Of a stretch of 37,834 bases of DNA, positions 23,254 to 34,009 are shown in pieces. Below the pieces are notes generated by a model. The model was not told the DNA's origin. It searched no databases and saw only the letters and a list, made by a program, of their open reading frames with translations. Every line of letters begins with the position of its first letter. Position 1 is the stretch's first letter. The DNA is from Callorhinchus milii (Eukaryota): NCBI RefSeq assembly GCF_018977255.1, contig NW_024705516.1, forward strand, positions 1 through 37,834, in the 5' to 3' direction. Both the position numbers and the translations under genes were made by a program.

Positions 23254-23530
23254 TGGCTAGGAGATGTTGACTACCTCGCCTGGTATACAGGGGGTCGTGG
23301 GTTTGATCCCGACTCTGATGATGCCTGCTGCTGCTGTATATTTTGAGTTTGCGTGTCTCTCATCATAGTGGCTAGGAGATGCTGACTACCTCGCGTAGTA
23401 TACAGGAGTTTGTGGGATCGATCTTCACCCTGACGCCTGCTGCTGTATATTTGGAGTTTGCGTCTCTCTCTCTCTCCGTGCTCAAGTGGATTTTTCTAGG
23501 GGTCCTCCGGGTTTTCTCTCCAAATTCAAC
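23254..23530 (+). mobile_element. Two tandem SINE heads followed by a V-domain-like body
   Basis: tggctaggagatg(t/c)tgactacctcgc at ~23254 and ~23369. Same family as 19460-19650. Confidence 0.75.
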
Positions 23531-24167
23531 GTCACGCTTTTAGACTCTTTATTTGGGACCCCGGGGTTCTGCCACAAGGTTCAGTTCAGGGGCTCTCCGA
23601 CAAAATCGTCCAACGCTGAATTGTCACGTGGCTGCTTGTTACTGCACCCCCCCTCCCCCTTTGCATTTCCAATTCTCACGACGGATTGAGTTGCAGGTGA
23701 GAAAACATTGTGCGCACAAAAATTCCAAATGTTTGTTTATCAAATTCGTTTTTTTTACCGAGAATCTTCACTGAAAATGTCAACGCAAAGGCAACGATTC
23801 CCCATGCCCCGTGCAGCCTGAACAGACAGTCGGGTGAGTGCTGCGACTCACGCACCTATAGAGGCCGGCACTGTGGTACCACCCCTGACCGACCGCCTTT
23901 GTCTCCCCGGCGGTGATGTTCACCACAGACCCCAGCAGCAGGCACACTCATTTGGGGCAGAGTGGACGTAGGGGAGGCCCAGCACCGCTCCGGGGGGGAG
24001 GGGTAAGAGAGGGGCAGGCTGGGTGGTGGAGGGCTGGCGAAGTGTGTGGAATAGCCCAGCGAGGCAGTCAGCTGTGACCTCTATGACCTGTGACCTCTAA
24101 GCGGTGCTGGAAGTGGAGGCTCCCATCCTGCTGCTTCTGCTGCTGCTCCTCCATGAGTGGGTTGAGC

Positions 24168-27100
24168 GTGTCTCTGTGTGAATCTATGGGTCTCTATGGG
24201 TGTCTACGGGTCTCTGTGTGAATGTATGGGTATCTGTATTAGTCTACGGGTCTGTGTGGTGAGTCGAAGGGTCTCTGTGTGAATCTATGCGTCTCTGTGT
24301 TAGTCTACGGGTCTTTGTGTGAATCTATGGGTCTCTATGGTTGTCTAGGGGTCTCTCTGTTAGTCTCCGGGTCTCTGTGTGAATCTATGGGTCTCTGTAT
24401 TAGTCTATGGGTCTCTGTGTGAATCTATGGGTCTCTGTGTTAGTCTACGGTTCTCTGTGTGAATCTATGGGTCTCTGTATTAGTCTATGGGTCTCTGTGT
24501 AAATATATGGGTCTCTGTGTTAGTCTACGGGTCTCTGTGTGAATCTATGGGTCTCTGTGTGTGAATTTATGCGTCTCTGTGTTAGTCTATGGGTCTCTGT
24601 GTGAATCTATGGGTCTCTGTGTTTAGTCTACGGGTCTCTGTGTTAGTTTCCGGGTCTCTGTGTGAATCTATGGGTCTCTGTGTGAATCTATGGGTCTCTG
24701 TGTGTGAATCTATGGGTCTCTGTGTGAATCTATGGGTCTGTGTGTAGTCTACGCGTCTCTGTGTGTTAGTCTACGGGTCTCTGTGTTAGTTTACGGGTCT
24801 CTGTGTTAGTCTACGGGTCTCTGTGTGAATCTATGGGTCTCTGTGTGTGAATCTATGGGTCTCTGTGTGAATCTATGGGTCTGTGTGTAGTCTACGCGTC
24901 TCTGTGTGTTAGTCTACGGGTCTCTGTGTTAGTTTACGGGTCTCTGTGTTAGTCTACGGTCTCTGTGTGAATCTATAGGTCTCTGTATGTGAATCTATGC
25001 GTCTCTCTGTTAGTCTCCGGTCTCTGTGTGAATCTATGTGTCTCTGTGTTAGTCTACGGGTCTCTGTGTGAATCTATGGGTCTCTGTGTTAGTCTACGTT
25101 CTCTGTGTGAATCTATGGGTCTCTGTATTAGTCTATGGGTCTCTGTGTAAATATAGGTCTCTGTGTTAGTCTACGGGTCTCTGTGTGAATCTATGGGTCT
25201 CTGTGTGTGAATTTATGCGTCTCTGTGTTAGTCTATGGGTCTCTGTGTGAATCTATGGGTCTCTGTGTTAGTCTACGGGTCTCTGTGTTATTTCCGGGTC
25301 TCTGTTGAATCTATGGGTCTCTGTGTGAATCTATGGGTCTCTGTGTGTGAATCTATGGGTCTCTGTGTGAATCTATGGGTCTGTGTGTAGTCTACGCGTC
25401 TCTGTGTGTTAGTCTACGGGTCTCTGTGTTAGTTTACGGGTCTCTGTGTTAGTCTACGGGTCTCTGTGTGAATCTATGGGTCTCTGTGTGTGAATCTATG
25501 GGTCTCTGTGTGAATCTATGGGTCTGTGTGTAGTCTACGCGTCTCTGTGTGTTAGTCTACGGGTCTCTGTGTTAGTTTACGGGTCTCTGTGTTAGTCTAC
25601 GGGTCTCTGTGTGAATCTATAGGTCTCTGTTGTGAATCTATGCGTCTCTGTGTTAGTCTATGGGTCTCTGTGTGAATCTATGTGTCTCTGTGTTAGTCTA
25701 CGGGTCTCTGTGTGAATCTATGGGTCTCTGTGTGTGAATCTATGGGTCTCTGTGTGAATCTATGGGTCTCTGTGTAGTCTACGCGTCTCTGTGTGTTAGT
25801 CTACGGGTCTCTGTGTTAGTTTACGGGTCTCTGTGTTAGTCTACGGGTCTCTGTGTGAATCTATGGGTCTCTGTGTGTGAATCTATGGGTCTCTGTGTAG
25901 TCTATGGTCTCTGTGTAGTCTACGGTCTCTGTGTGTTAGTCTACGGGTCTCTGTGTTAGTTTACGGGTCTCTGTGAATCTATGGGTCTCTGTGTGAATCT
26001 ATGGGTCTCTGTGTGTGAATCTATGTGTCTCTGTTAGTCTATCGTCTCTGTGTTATCTACGGGTCTCTGTGTTAGTTACGGGTCTCTGTGTTAGTCTACG
26101 GGTCTCTGTGTGAATCTATGGTCTCTGTGTGTGAATCTATGGGTCTCTGTGTGAATCTATGGGTTCTGTGTAGTCTACGCGTCTTATGTGTTAGTCTACG
26201 GGTCTCTGTGTTAGTTTACGGGTCTCTGTGTTAGTCTACGGGTCTCTGTGTTGAATCTATGTCTCTGTGTGAATCTATGCGTCTCTGTGTAGTCTATGGG
26301 TCTCTGTGTATCTATGGTCTCTGTGTTAGTCTACGGGTCTCTGTGTTAGTCTACGGGTCTCTGTGTGAATCTATGGGTCTCTGTGTGTGAATCTATGGGT
26401 CTCTGTGTGAATCTATGGGTCTCTGTGTAGTCTACACGTCTCTGTGTGTTAGTCTACGGGTCTCTGTGTTAGTTTACGGGTCTCTGTGTTAGTCTACGGG
26501 TCTCTGTGTGAATCTATGGGTCTCTGTGTGTGAATCTATGGGTCTCTGTGTGAATCTATGGGTCTCTGTGTAGTCTACGTCTCTGTGTTAGTCTACGGTC
26601 TCTGTGTTAGTCTACGGGTCTCTGTTATCTATGGGTCTCTGTGTGTGAATCTATGGGTCTCTGTGTGAATCTATGTCTCTGTGTAGTCTACGCGTCTCTG
26701 TGTGTTAATCTATGGGTCTCTGTGTTAGTCTACGGGTCTCTGTGTAATGCGAGCGTAAATGAGGTTGCTGCTGGACTCTGACCCAATCACACGACCCGGG
26801 GTGTTGGAGGTGGGAAGAGCGGATCTGACGATCCGGAAGGGAGGAGTCAGGGTCACGTGGGAGAGAGGTTATAGAGGGGAGCCCGGAAGAGATCGGGCCG
26901 GTCGTTGGGTGGCCGCCGCCGCATCAGCCACGTGGCTGATGGGGCTTGGCACACCGTCGGCCAGGGTGTGCGGAGCGAGAGAAGAGTGTGCGGGGCGCAC
27001 ATAGCTAGTGAGTGACTAGCAGAGTGTGCGGGGCACACGGGGCTAGCGGAGTGGCTAGCAGAGCGTGTGGGGCACACGTAGCTAGTGAGTGACTAGCAGA

Positions 27101-27452
27101 GTGTGCGTGGCACGCGAGGAGACGCTGGTCCTTGTCAGGACCAGCGGGGTTTGAGGAGGAGTGGAGGAGCTGAGGGAGGAGAGCGTGCGCGGGCGCGTGC
27201 GAGACGACGCTGGTCTGAGGAGGAGCCAGTGGGGTGCGGAGACGAACCCAAATAAAGGACGAACGGAGACCAACATCGCCTGACAGAGTCCTTTATTACA
27301 TCTGTGTGAATATATGGGTCTCTGTGTGAGTCTGTGGGTCTGTGTGTGAACCTATGGGTCTCTGTGCGTCTACGGGTCTCTGTGTGTGAATCTATGGGTC
27401 TCTGTGTGAATCTATGGGTCTCTATGAATCTTTGGGTCTCTGTGTGTGAATC
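24168..27452 (+). repeat. ~20-22-bp minisatellite (GTCTCTGTGTGAATCTATGG / GTCTCTGTGTTAGTCTACGG), interrupted by a solo LTR
   Basis: More than 100 tandem units over 24168-26742, resuming at 27301-27452. Confidence 0.97.
26743..27300 (+). mobile_element. Solo LTR, 558 bp (Gypsy-like, from its 4-bp TSD)
   Basis: TGTAAT...ATTACA termini. TSD TCTG at 26739-26742 and 27301-27304. AATAAA at ~27252. Confidence 0.85.
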
Positions 27453-28769
27453 TGCCCTTCTAAAGTCTCCTCTACCAGCCTCCCCCTCTCCTGCCTCTGG
27501 CTCTCCTACCCGGCCATTTCTTCTCGATGGCCTTCAGCCCCGACATCGTTCGCGCTACGGACGTCTGTCTCGCGAACTCGTCTCTCGGCGCTCCTCTCCC
27601 CTCCTCCACGGCTTCCTCACAAAACCCCTGCCACATTTGTCTCTCTCTCCTGTCTGCCATCGCTCTGGCCCCGCCTCTCCCCCCCCCCCGGCCTGCCTCC
27701 CCCCACCTCTTTCCTCCGCCCCCTCGCCACGTCCATCGGTCTCAGCATCACCGGCAACACCACCCTCCTCCTGGCTCCCTCTTGCTCCCACCTGGCCCTG
27801 TCGTCTGGAGGTTGCCTCTCCTGCCATCTCCCGCCCTGAGCCCCCCTCTCATGCCCTCTGCCCCCCTGTGCCCCCTCTCCTGCCCCCCTCTGTCCCCCTG
27901 TCCCCCCTCTCATGCCCGGCTCTGGCCAGGTTGTCCCGTCTCTCCTCGTCTCTCACGCTCAGAGCTGCTCTCCCTGCAGCTGCTCCCCTCTGGGCGGCTC
28001 GGTCTGCACCGTAGCCTCTCCGCTCGTCGTCAAGCCTGTTCCAAGTTGGCTCTCTGCCTTGGCCTCTTCTTCCCTCCGCTCCTCCCCCCTCTCTCCATGG
28101 AAGTTCCTGGCTTGTCGTGCCGGCGATGCAACGCGCACACCTGTACCACCAACACAACGATCGGCACTATCGCGACACGTTCGTATTTACGTGATCCAAC
28201 CCAAAAAGCTCTATGATGGATATTTGTTTGTGAAAGCCTACGTTTAAAACGTAGTTTTCGCGACCAATATGATCCATATTACAGGTTTTTGTAAACCCTT
28301 CACCACGCGACACAGCCAATTAGTAACAGGGTTGGTCACGTAAACAGAACTTGCCAATTCGTTACTAGTACAGCACTAGTCACACAAACTGGGTGCGTAG
28401 CGAGTGAGGATAGTGAGGGTGGTGAGTGAATGAGTGCAGGTAGCGAGTGAGTGTAGTGAATGCGTGAGGGTAGTGACTGAGTCAGTGAGGTAGCGAGTGA
28501 GTGTGAAGAGTGAGAGCGAGAAAATCACTCACGCTGAGTCTTCCTCAACGTTGTTCTGAGTTCTGGGAGTCCAGCAGAGTCCTGATGAAGAGAGAGAGAG
28601 AGTGACAGGGTTCAACACTCCCTGGCTCACACCATACTCACTCCTCACGCTCGCTCCAAACACAAAGACCCCCCTCTACAGCCTGAACAGACTGCTGGGG
28701 TCAAGTGGCGTTGATAGCGAGTAGCAGTAGCAACCTGGCACTGTGGCACACGAGGGGGTGGGTGGCCAG

Positions 28770-28872
28770 GGCTAGCGATGTTCACTACACTACACCGCTA
28801 CGCCAGGTACGCATTTGAGGCTGAGTCGACCTAGGGGAGTCCCAGGACCGGTTCAGATAATCGTCACGTACA
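28770..28872 (+). repeat. ~100-bp dispersed repeat, near-identical copy at ~31591-31696
   Basis: agggctagcgatgttcactacactacaccgctacgccaggtacgcatttgaggctgagtcgacctaggggagtccc is present at both sites. Related pieces at ~23815-23930. Confidence 0.85.
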
Positions 28873-29199
28873 CACACGTACAGTTTAACACGCGCACACA
28901 CACGGTTTATTGAACACGTGCGCACACACAGTTTAACACGTTCACACACACACAAACAAATCCCCAATGTCTGTGTTCACTTGAATTATTTATTTCAAGT
29001 AGAAACTTCAACTCAAAATGTCAATGCAAACACAACTATCCCCCACCACCCCCCCATGTAGACTGTACCAGGTTGTAGGGGCAAGTGGTGTTAGTAGCGA
29101 GTAGCAGCACCTATGCAGGCATTGCCCTCGGGGGGCAGGGTCAAGGGTCAGGCACGGGGTCAAAGTCAGTAGCAGGGTCAAGGTCACGAACAGGGTAAT

Positions 29200-29408
29200 A
29201 TTCTTGGTTCTTTCGGTAAAGTCACGTAGAATGGAAATAATAAAATAATAAAAATAAAACAATTAAAAAAATTCTCACGACGTTTCGGCCATTATTTTAT
29301 ATGTTTTATTGTGTATTATTTTTATTATTTTATTATTTCCATTCTACGTGACTTTACCGAAAGAACCAAGAAATGAATCCCTGCAGTCACGAAAGCGTTA
29401 AATCGAAA
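29200..29408 (+). mobile_element. Penelope-like insertion (inverted arm + direct arm with tail)
   Basis: Same family motifs. TSD AGGGTAAT at 29192-29199 and 29409-29416. Confidence 0.75.
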
Positions 29409-29500
29409 AGGGTAATGGTCGAGAGCCAATCCAGCTCCTGCCTCACGCTTGGGGACAGCAAGAACTGCTGAAGTCGGCGTGTTGTCTCGCCGGGATGTCC

Positions 29501-29542
29501 CACCTGATGACGATGCCTTGGTTGCGGATCGAAACGTCGGTG
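29501..29542 (+). ncRNA. Hammerhead ribozyme motif, core intact, imperfect stems
   Basis: CAC CTGATGA c GATGCC ttggtt GCGGATC GAAAC GTC GGTG. Confidence 0.5.
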
Positions 29543-29550
29543 ATCTATCA

Positions 29551-29993
29551 CACTGGTCAAAAAAAAAAACATTTTTTCTGGCCTGGACTTTTGCAGCTGT
29601 TTAGACTAATTTCAGGGTGCTGATTCCAAATCTGATCTCAGATTTGCTCTATCACATCTCATTTTTATGCTATCGGCATACCCCATTTTCATTGATTTTA
29701 CCCGAAATTAACTCTGTCACTTATGATTGCAAGTTGTTGCGAGTCAGTGACTGCTTTAGTGTTAAAATATGGTGCTGTATTTTTAGGATAGTGTGTTTAT
29801 AATATCATTTTATGTAGATATCCACATTTATTTAATATTTTTCTTCTGCAGTTTTAATTGAAAATGCAATGTTTGATATCTCAAAAACCTGATGTGATAG
29901 ACAAAAACTGATGCCAGATATGGAATCAGCACCCCAAAATTACATTATAACCGTTGGAATACCTTATGCCAGAAAAATGTGTGTTGACCAGTG
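29551..29993. mobile_element. Non-autonomous DNA transposon, Chapaev3-like (CAC...GTG termini), inserted into a PLE pLTR
   Basis: TIR CACTGGTCAA...CATTTTT(T)CTGGC / GCCAGAAAAATG...TTGACCAGTG. Internal inverted repeats ggtgctgattcca..tctg..ctatcacatc / gatgtgatag..caga..tggaatcagcacc. Flanks TCA/TTA are near the TWA TSD. Confidence 0.65.
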
Positions 29994-30189
29994 TTATTTC
30001 TCTACCCACGTGACATTACCGAAAGAACCCAAGTTGCGATGGGCAGACTTATGATATTCGATGTTACGATGGTGACAGCGACACCACAAAATTGCCATCA
30101 ACAACCTTAACATCGTTCACGTGTGCAGACGACAAACAGGATCTTGGTGAGTACAGTACAATATGATACGTTACGATACGTTCAATGCA

Positions 30190-30860
30190 TCTATACACTA
30201 CACTATACACTACACACTACACTATACACTACTATACTACACACTACACTATACACTACACTACTATACACTACACACTGCACTACTATACTACACTATA
30301 TACTACTATACACTACACTACTATACACTATACTATACACTACACTATACACGACACACTACACTATACACTACTATACTACACTATATACTACTATACA
30401 CTACACTACTATACACTACACTATACACTACACTACTATACTACTATACATACACTACTATACACTACTATACACTACAATATACACTACACTAACACTA
30501 CTATACACTACACATATACTACTATACACTACACTATACACTACTATACACTACTATACACTATACTATCACTACACTATACACTACTATTACACTACAC
30601 TATACACTATACTATACACTATGCTATACACTACACTATACACTACACTATACACTACACTACTATACACTACACTATACACTATACTATACACTATGCT
30701 ATACACTACACTATACACTATACTACTATACACTACACTATACACTACACTATTACACTATACACTACACTATACATTACACTATACACTACACTACTAT
30801 ATACACTACACTATACACTACTATACACTACCTATACACTACTATACACTACACTATGAT
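30190..30860. repeat. (TACAC/TAC/TATAC)n microsatellite
   Basis: Low-complexity tract. acgatacgttcaatgcat occurs on both sides (~30173 and ~30899). Confidence 0.97.
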
Positions 30861-31159
30861 ACGTAGCTTTAGCGATTACATTTTAATGTTACCACGATAC
30901 GATACGTTCAATGCATGTAAAAGTTTTTTTTATAGCAGATAGGATTGTTTCTTGACAAAACTTTCTATTAAATCGCAGTTCATATTTGTAGGCTAAGAAT
31001 TTACCTTGTTTTTTTACTTTACATTTTACTGTGCAATACAGTATTGTAATTAATAAGTACACACAGTATATAGTTTATACAGCACGCTACTGTAAATTGC
31101 TCTGTGTTGCTAAATTATCACCATTCTGTAAGACTCCTGGGTAGGCTATAGGGTATGGC

Positions 31160-31240
31160 CATCTTCGACTTACAATATTTTCGACTGTGATAATGGGTCG
31201 TCGTAACGCATCTCCGTCGTAAGTAGAGGACTGTCTGTAT
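31160..31240. mobile_element. Tigger/pogo-like TIR remnant
   Basis: cgacttac...cgtcgtaagtagaggactgtctg followed by TA. Confidence 0.4.
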
Positions 31241-31994
31241 ATTGTATATTTTAACTATATAAAAAAAAAATTCGATTTAAAGCTTTCGTGACTGCAGGGA
31301 TTCATCTTCTTGGTTCTTTCGGTAAAGTCACGTAGAATGGAAATAATAAAAATAAAAACTACGTATTTAAAAAATCTTATTTTTACGAGAAAAGGTTTAG
31401 TATAATATTTAACAAATTTGAATAAACCTCTGGGAAAAAAATGTGGGGCATTAGTGGGTTAGTTGAAACACGTAGGTTTTCACGATACCGACATTCTCCA
31501 TAAAGGTTATTTTCTGTTTTTTGCGATCTAACTCAAAACACCCCCTCCCCTTTATTATAGATTAATTAATGGACCGCCTTTGTCTCCCCTAGGGCTAGCG
31601 ATGTTCACTACACTACACCGCTACGCCAGGTACGCATTTGAGGCTGAGTCGACCTAGGGGAGTCCCAAGACCGGTTCAGATAATCGTCACGTACACGCAA
31701 ACGACCCCGATGTGTTACTTAATAAATGTTATACTCAACTACAACAACACGTGTCTGACAACACAGCCTCGAGTGAATGCCTCACCTACTACGTACAGAA
31801 GTCGTCCCCAGCTCCACTCTGCACTGCTGGGTGATGTTTGTGATCAGCTCCACTGCCGCTCCAAGCATCTGAAGCACGTGGCCGAGTGGGAGGGTCTTTA
31901 TAGCCGAGGTGAGGTCTGTGTCGTCATCCACCAATGGGGTGACGCCTCTAGCGCCTGGCCGGAACACCACGTGGTCGTCAACAACACGTGACTC

Positions 31995-32290
31995 TTTCGA
32001 TTTAAAGCTTCTTTCGTGACTGCAGGGATTCATCTTCTTGGTTCTTTCGGTAAAGTCACGTAGAATGGAAATAATAAAATAATAAAAAATGGAAAAAATA
32101 TCTTAATAAAATAACACAAAAAAATGTAGTTTTTTATTATGTAAATGTTTTTCATTATTTTATTATTTCCATTCTTCGTGACTTTACCGAAAGAACCAAG
32201 AAGAAAAAAAACAACAAGTGACTCATCTTCTTGGTTCTTTCGGTAAAGTCACGTAGAATGGAAGTAAAAAAATAATAAAAATATTCAACC
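31995..32290 (-). mobile_element. Penelope-like pLTR fragments (inverted pair plus an extra fragment); further single fragments at ~20070-20148 (+) and ~31270-31360 (-)
   Basis: Family motif ttcttggttctttcggtaaagtcacgtaga plus tail. Approximate duplication acaaca..gtgactc flanks 31995-32205. Confidence 0.7.
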
Positions 32291-32719
32291 AATAAATAGT
32301 CCGAAGTGAGGGCGAAGAAGGGGGGGCCGGAAGTGGAGAGGGGGGTCGGATGTGGAGGGGGGGGCGGATGTGGGGGAGGGGCGAAGGTGAGGGGGAGGGG
32401 CAGGAAGATGGCGTCTTTGCCACGTGCATCTGCTAAGGCGTCTCCTCCACTCGCTGCGTCTTCTCCCAGCTGATCGTCTCCTGCGCTCCCAGCAGAAGGT
32501 CTGACCCCACCACCCTCCTGCTGCTCTCTCTCTCTCTCTGCGCTCTGTCTCCTACGCAGCCGCTGCCGTCTTTGTCTCTCCTTGCTGCTGTGGCTGTGTG
32601 TGAGCGAACGTCTGCACGGCAAGAGAAGAGATGGAGTGATGTGGAGCTGAGTGGATCAGCCTCTGTGGAGCAGGAGGAGGAGGCTCGTGAAGGACGCTGC
32701 TACTACTGGCAGTTGGAGG

Positions 32720-33652
32720 TATACTCTTAGGTTTTTTGTCGGTAAAGTCACGTAGGTAAAAATAAAAATTAATGATAAAAATAATATTAATAGAATAACA
32801 ATATTACCTCTGATACAGTCTATAATAAAGACACAGTCTATATTGTAGACTGTACACATAGGTACAGTCTATAAAGTAGGGTGACTGAGTGAGTGGGTGG
32901 GTGAGTAGGTAGTGGTGGGTGAGTGCCGAGTGAGTGGGTGAGTGGGTAGTGGTGGGTGAGTGATTGGGTGGGTGAGTTACTGGGTAGGTGGTGAGTGAGT
33001 GACTGAGTGAGTTGGTGGGTGAGTGCCTGAGTGAGTGGGTGGGTGAGTTGGTGGGTGAGTGGGTGGGTGAGTGGGTGGGTGAGTGAGTGGATGAGTGGCT
33101 GAGTTGGTGAGTGAGTGACAGTGAGTGGGTGGTGAGTGGTGGGTGAGTGAGTGGATGAGTGGATTAATTGGTGAGTGAGTGACAGTGAGTGGTGGTGGGT
33201 GAGTGAGTGAGTGGATGAGTGGGTGAGTTGGTGGTGAGTGAGTGGGTGAGTGACTGTTACATGGTTAATAACATCTTTCCAATGATTAGTTTATACCCAT
33301 CATCACGGTAAAAGATTTAACTACACATATTTGTACCATCTTATTTGACAGGTACTATTCTACTTTACCGAGTGTTGACATCCCCGCATTTAACATTCAG
33401 ATACCCTCCCCTCCTCCCCCTTAACTTGTATTTAAGAGCTTGTCACTTGGAATTTGCCTCACTTGATACAGTCAATTTAGCTTTGACGTCCCACCTGATG
33501 ACGGAGACTTGGGTTGCCTCCTAAAAGTCGTGATTTATTATTTCATTTCCATGATAAGTTTTTATAATTTATTAATATTTTACCTACGTGACTTTACCGA
33601 AATAACCTAAGAGTATGAATCCTTGCAGTCACGAAAGCTTCAAATCTAGAAT
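32720..33652 (+). mobile_element. Penelope-like insertion containing an internal (GAGT/GGGT)n microsatellite
   Basis: TSD CAGTTGGAGG at 32710-32719 and 33653-33662. Inverted arm on the left. TATTTAA (~33429), degenerate hammerhead (33492-33532) and tail on the right. Confidence 0.75.
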
Positions 33653-34009
33653 CAGTTGGAGGCAGTCGCCCTCCAGCAACAACGGAGGGCAGAGGAGCGA
33701 CGCTCACAACAACGAGCGGAGCGCCGGGCGTTTAAAGCGCAGCGAGTATTCACAGTAGGGTGCACAGTTGTTGCATCGGCCAGCCATCTGTCAGCCAACC
33801 CATGGTAGGTGCCTTGGGTTGACTGCCGAATGGCTGTTGTTGTTGTGTGAGCGTGTGGACACAACGCTGAGCGAACTCAACTTACGTTACCAAGGTTAGG
33901 TTCCAGAGGTACCGTTTGTAAGTCCAACTTGACTTCTGTCGATCCAAACGTGGTGTATGGCATGTACACCAAACACAGAGAATAGCCTTAAAAGTCATAT
34001 AATCTCATG

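Noticed and set aside
27334..28247. Pro/Ser-rich overlapping ORFs, possible retroelement ORF1/gag or host exon
   Set aside because: GC-rich low complexity, stops in the most protein-like minus frame, and no family motif I can recognise.
30123..30866. Tyr/Thr/His-rich ORFs
   Set aside because: These are translations of the (TACAC)n repeat.
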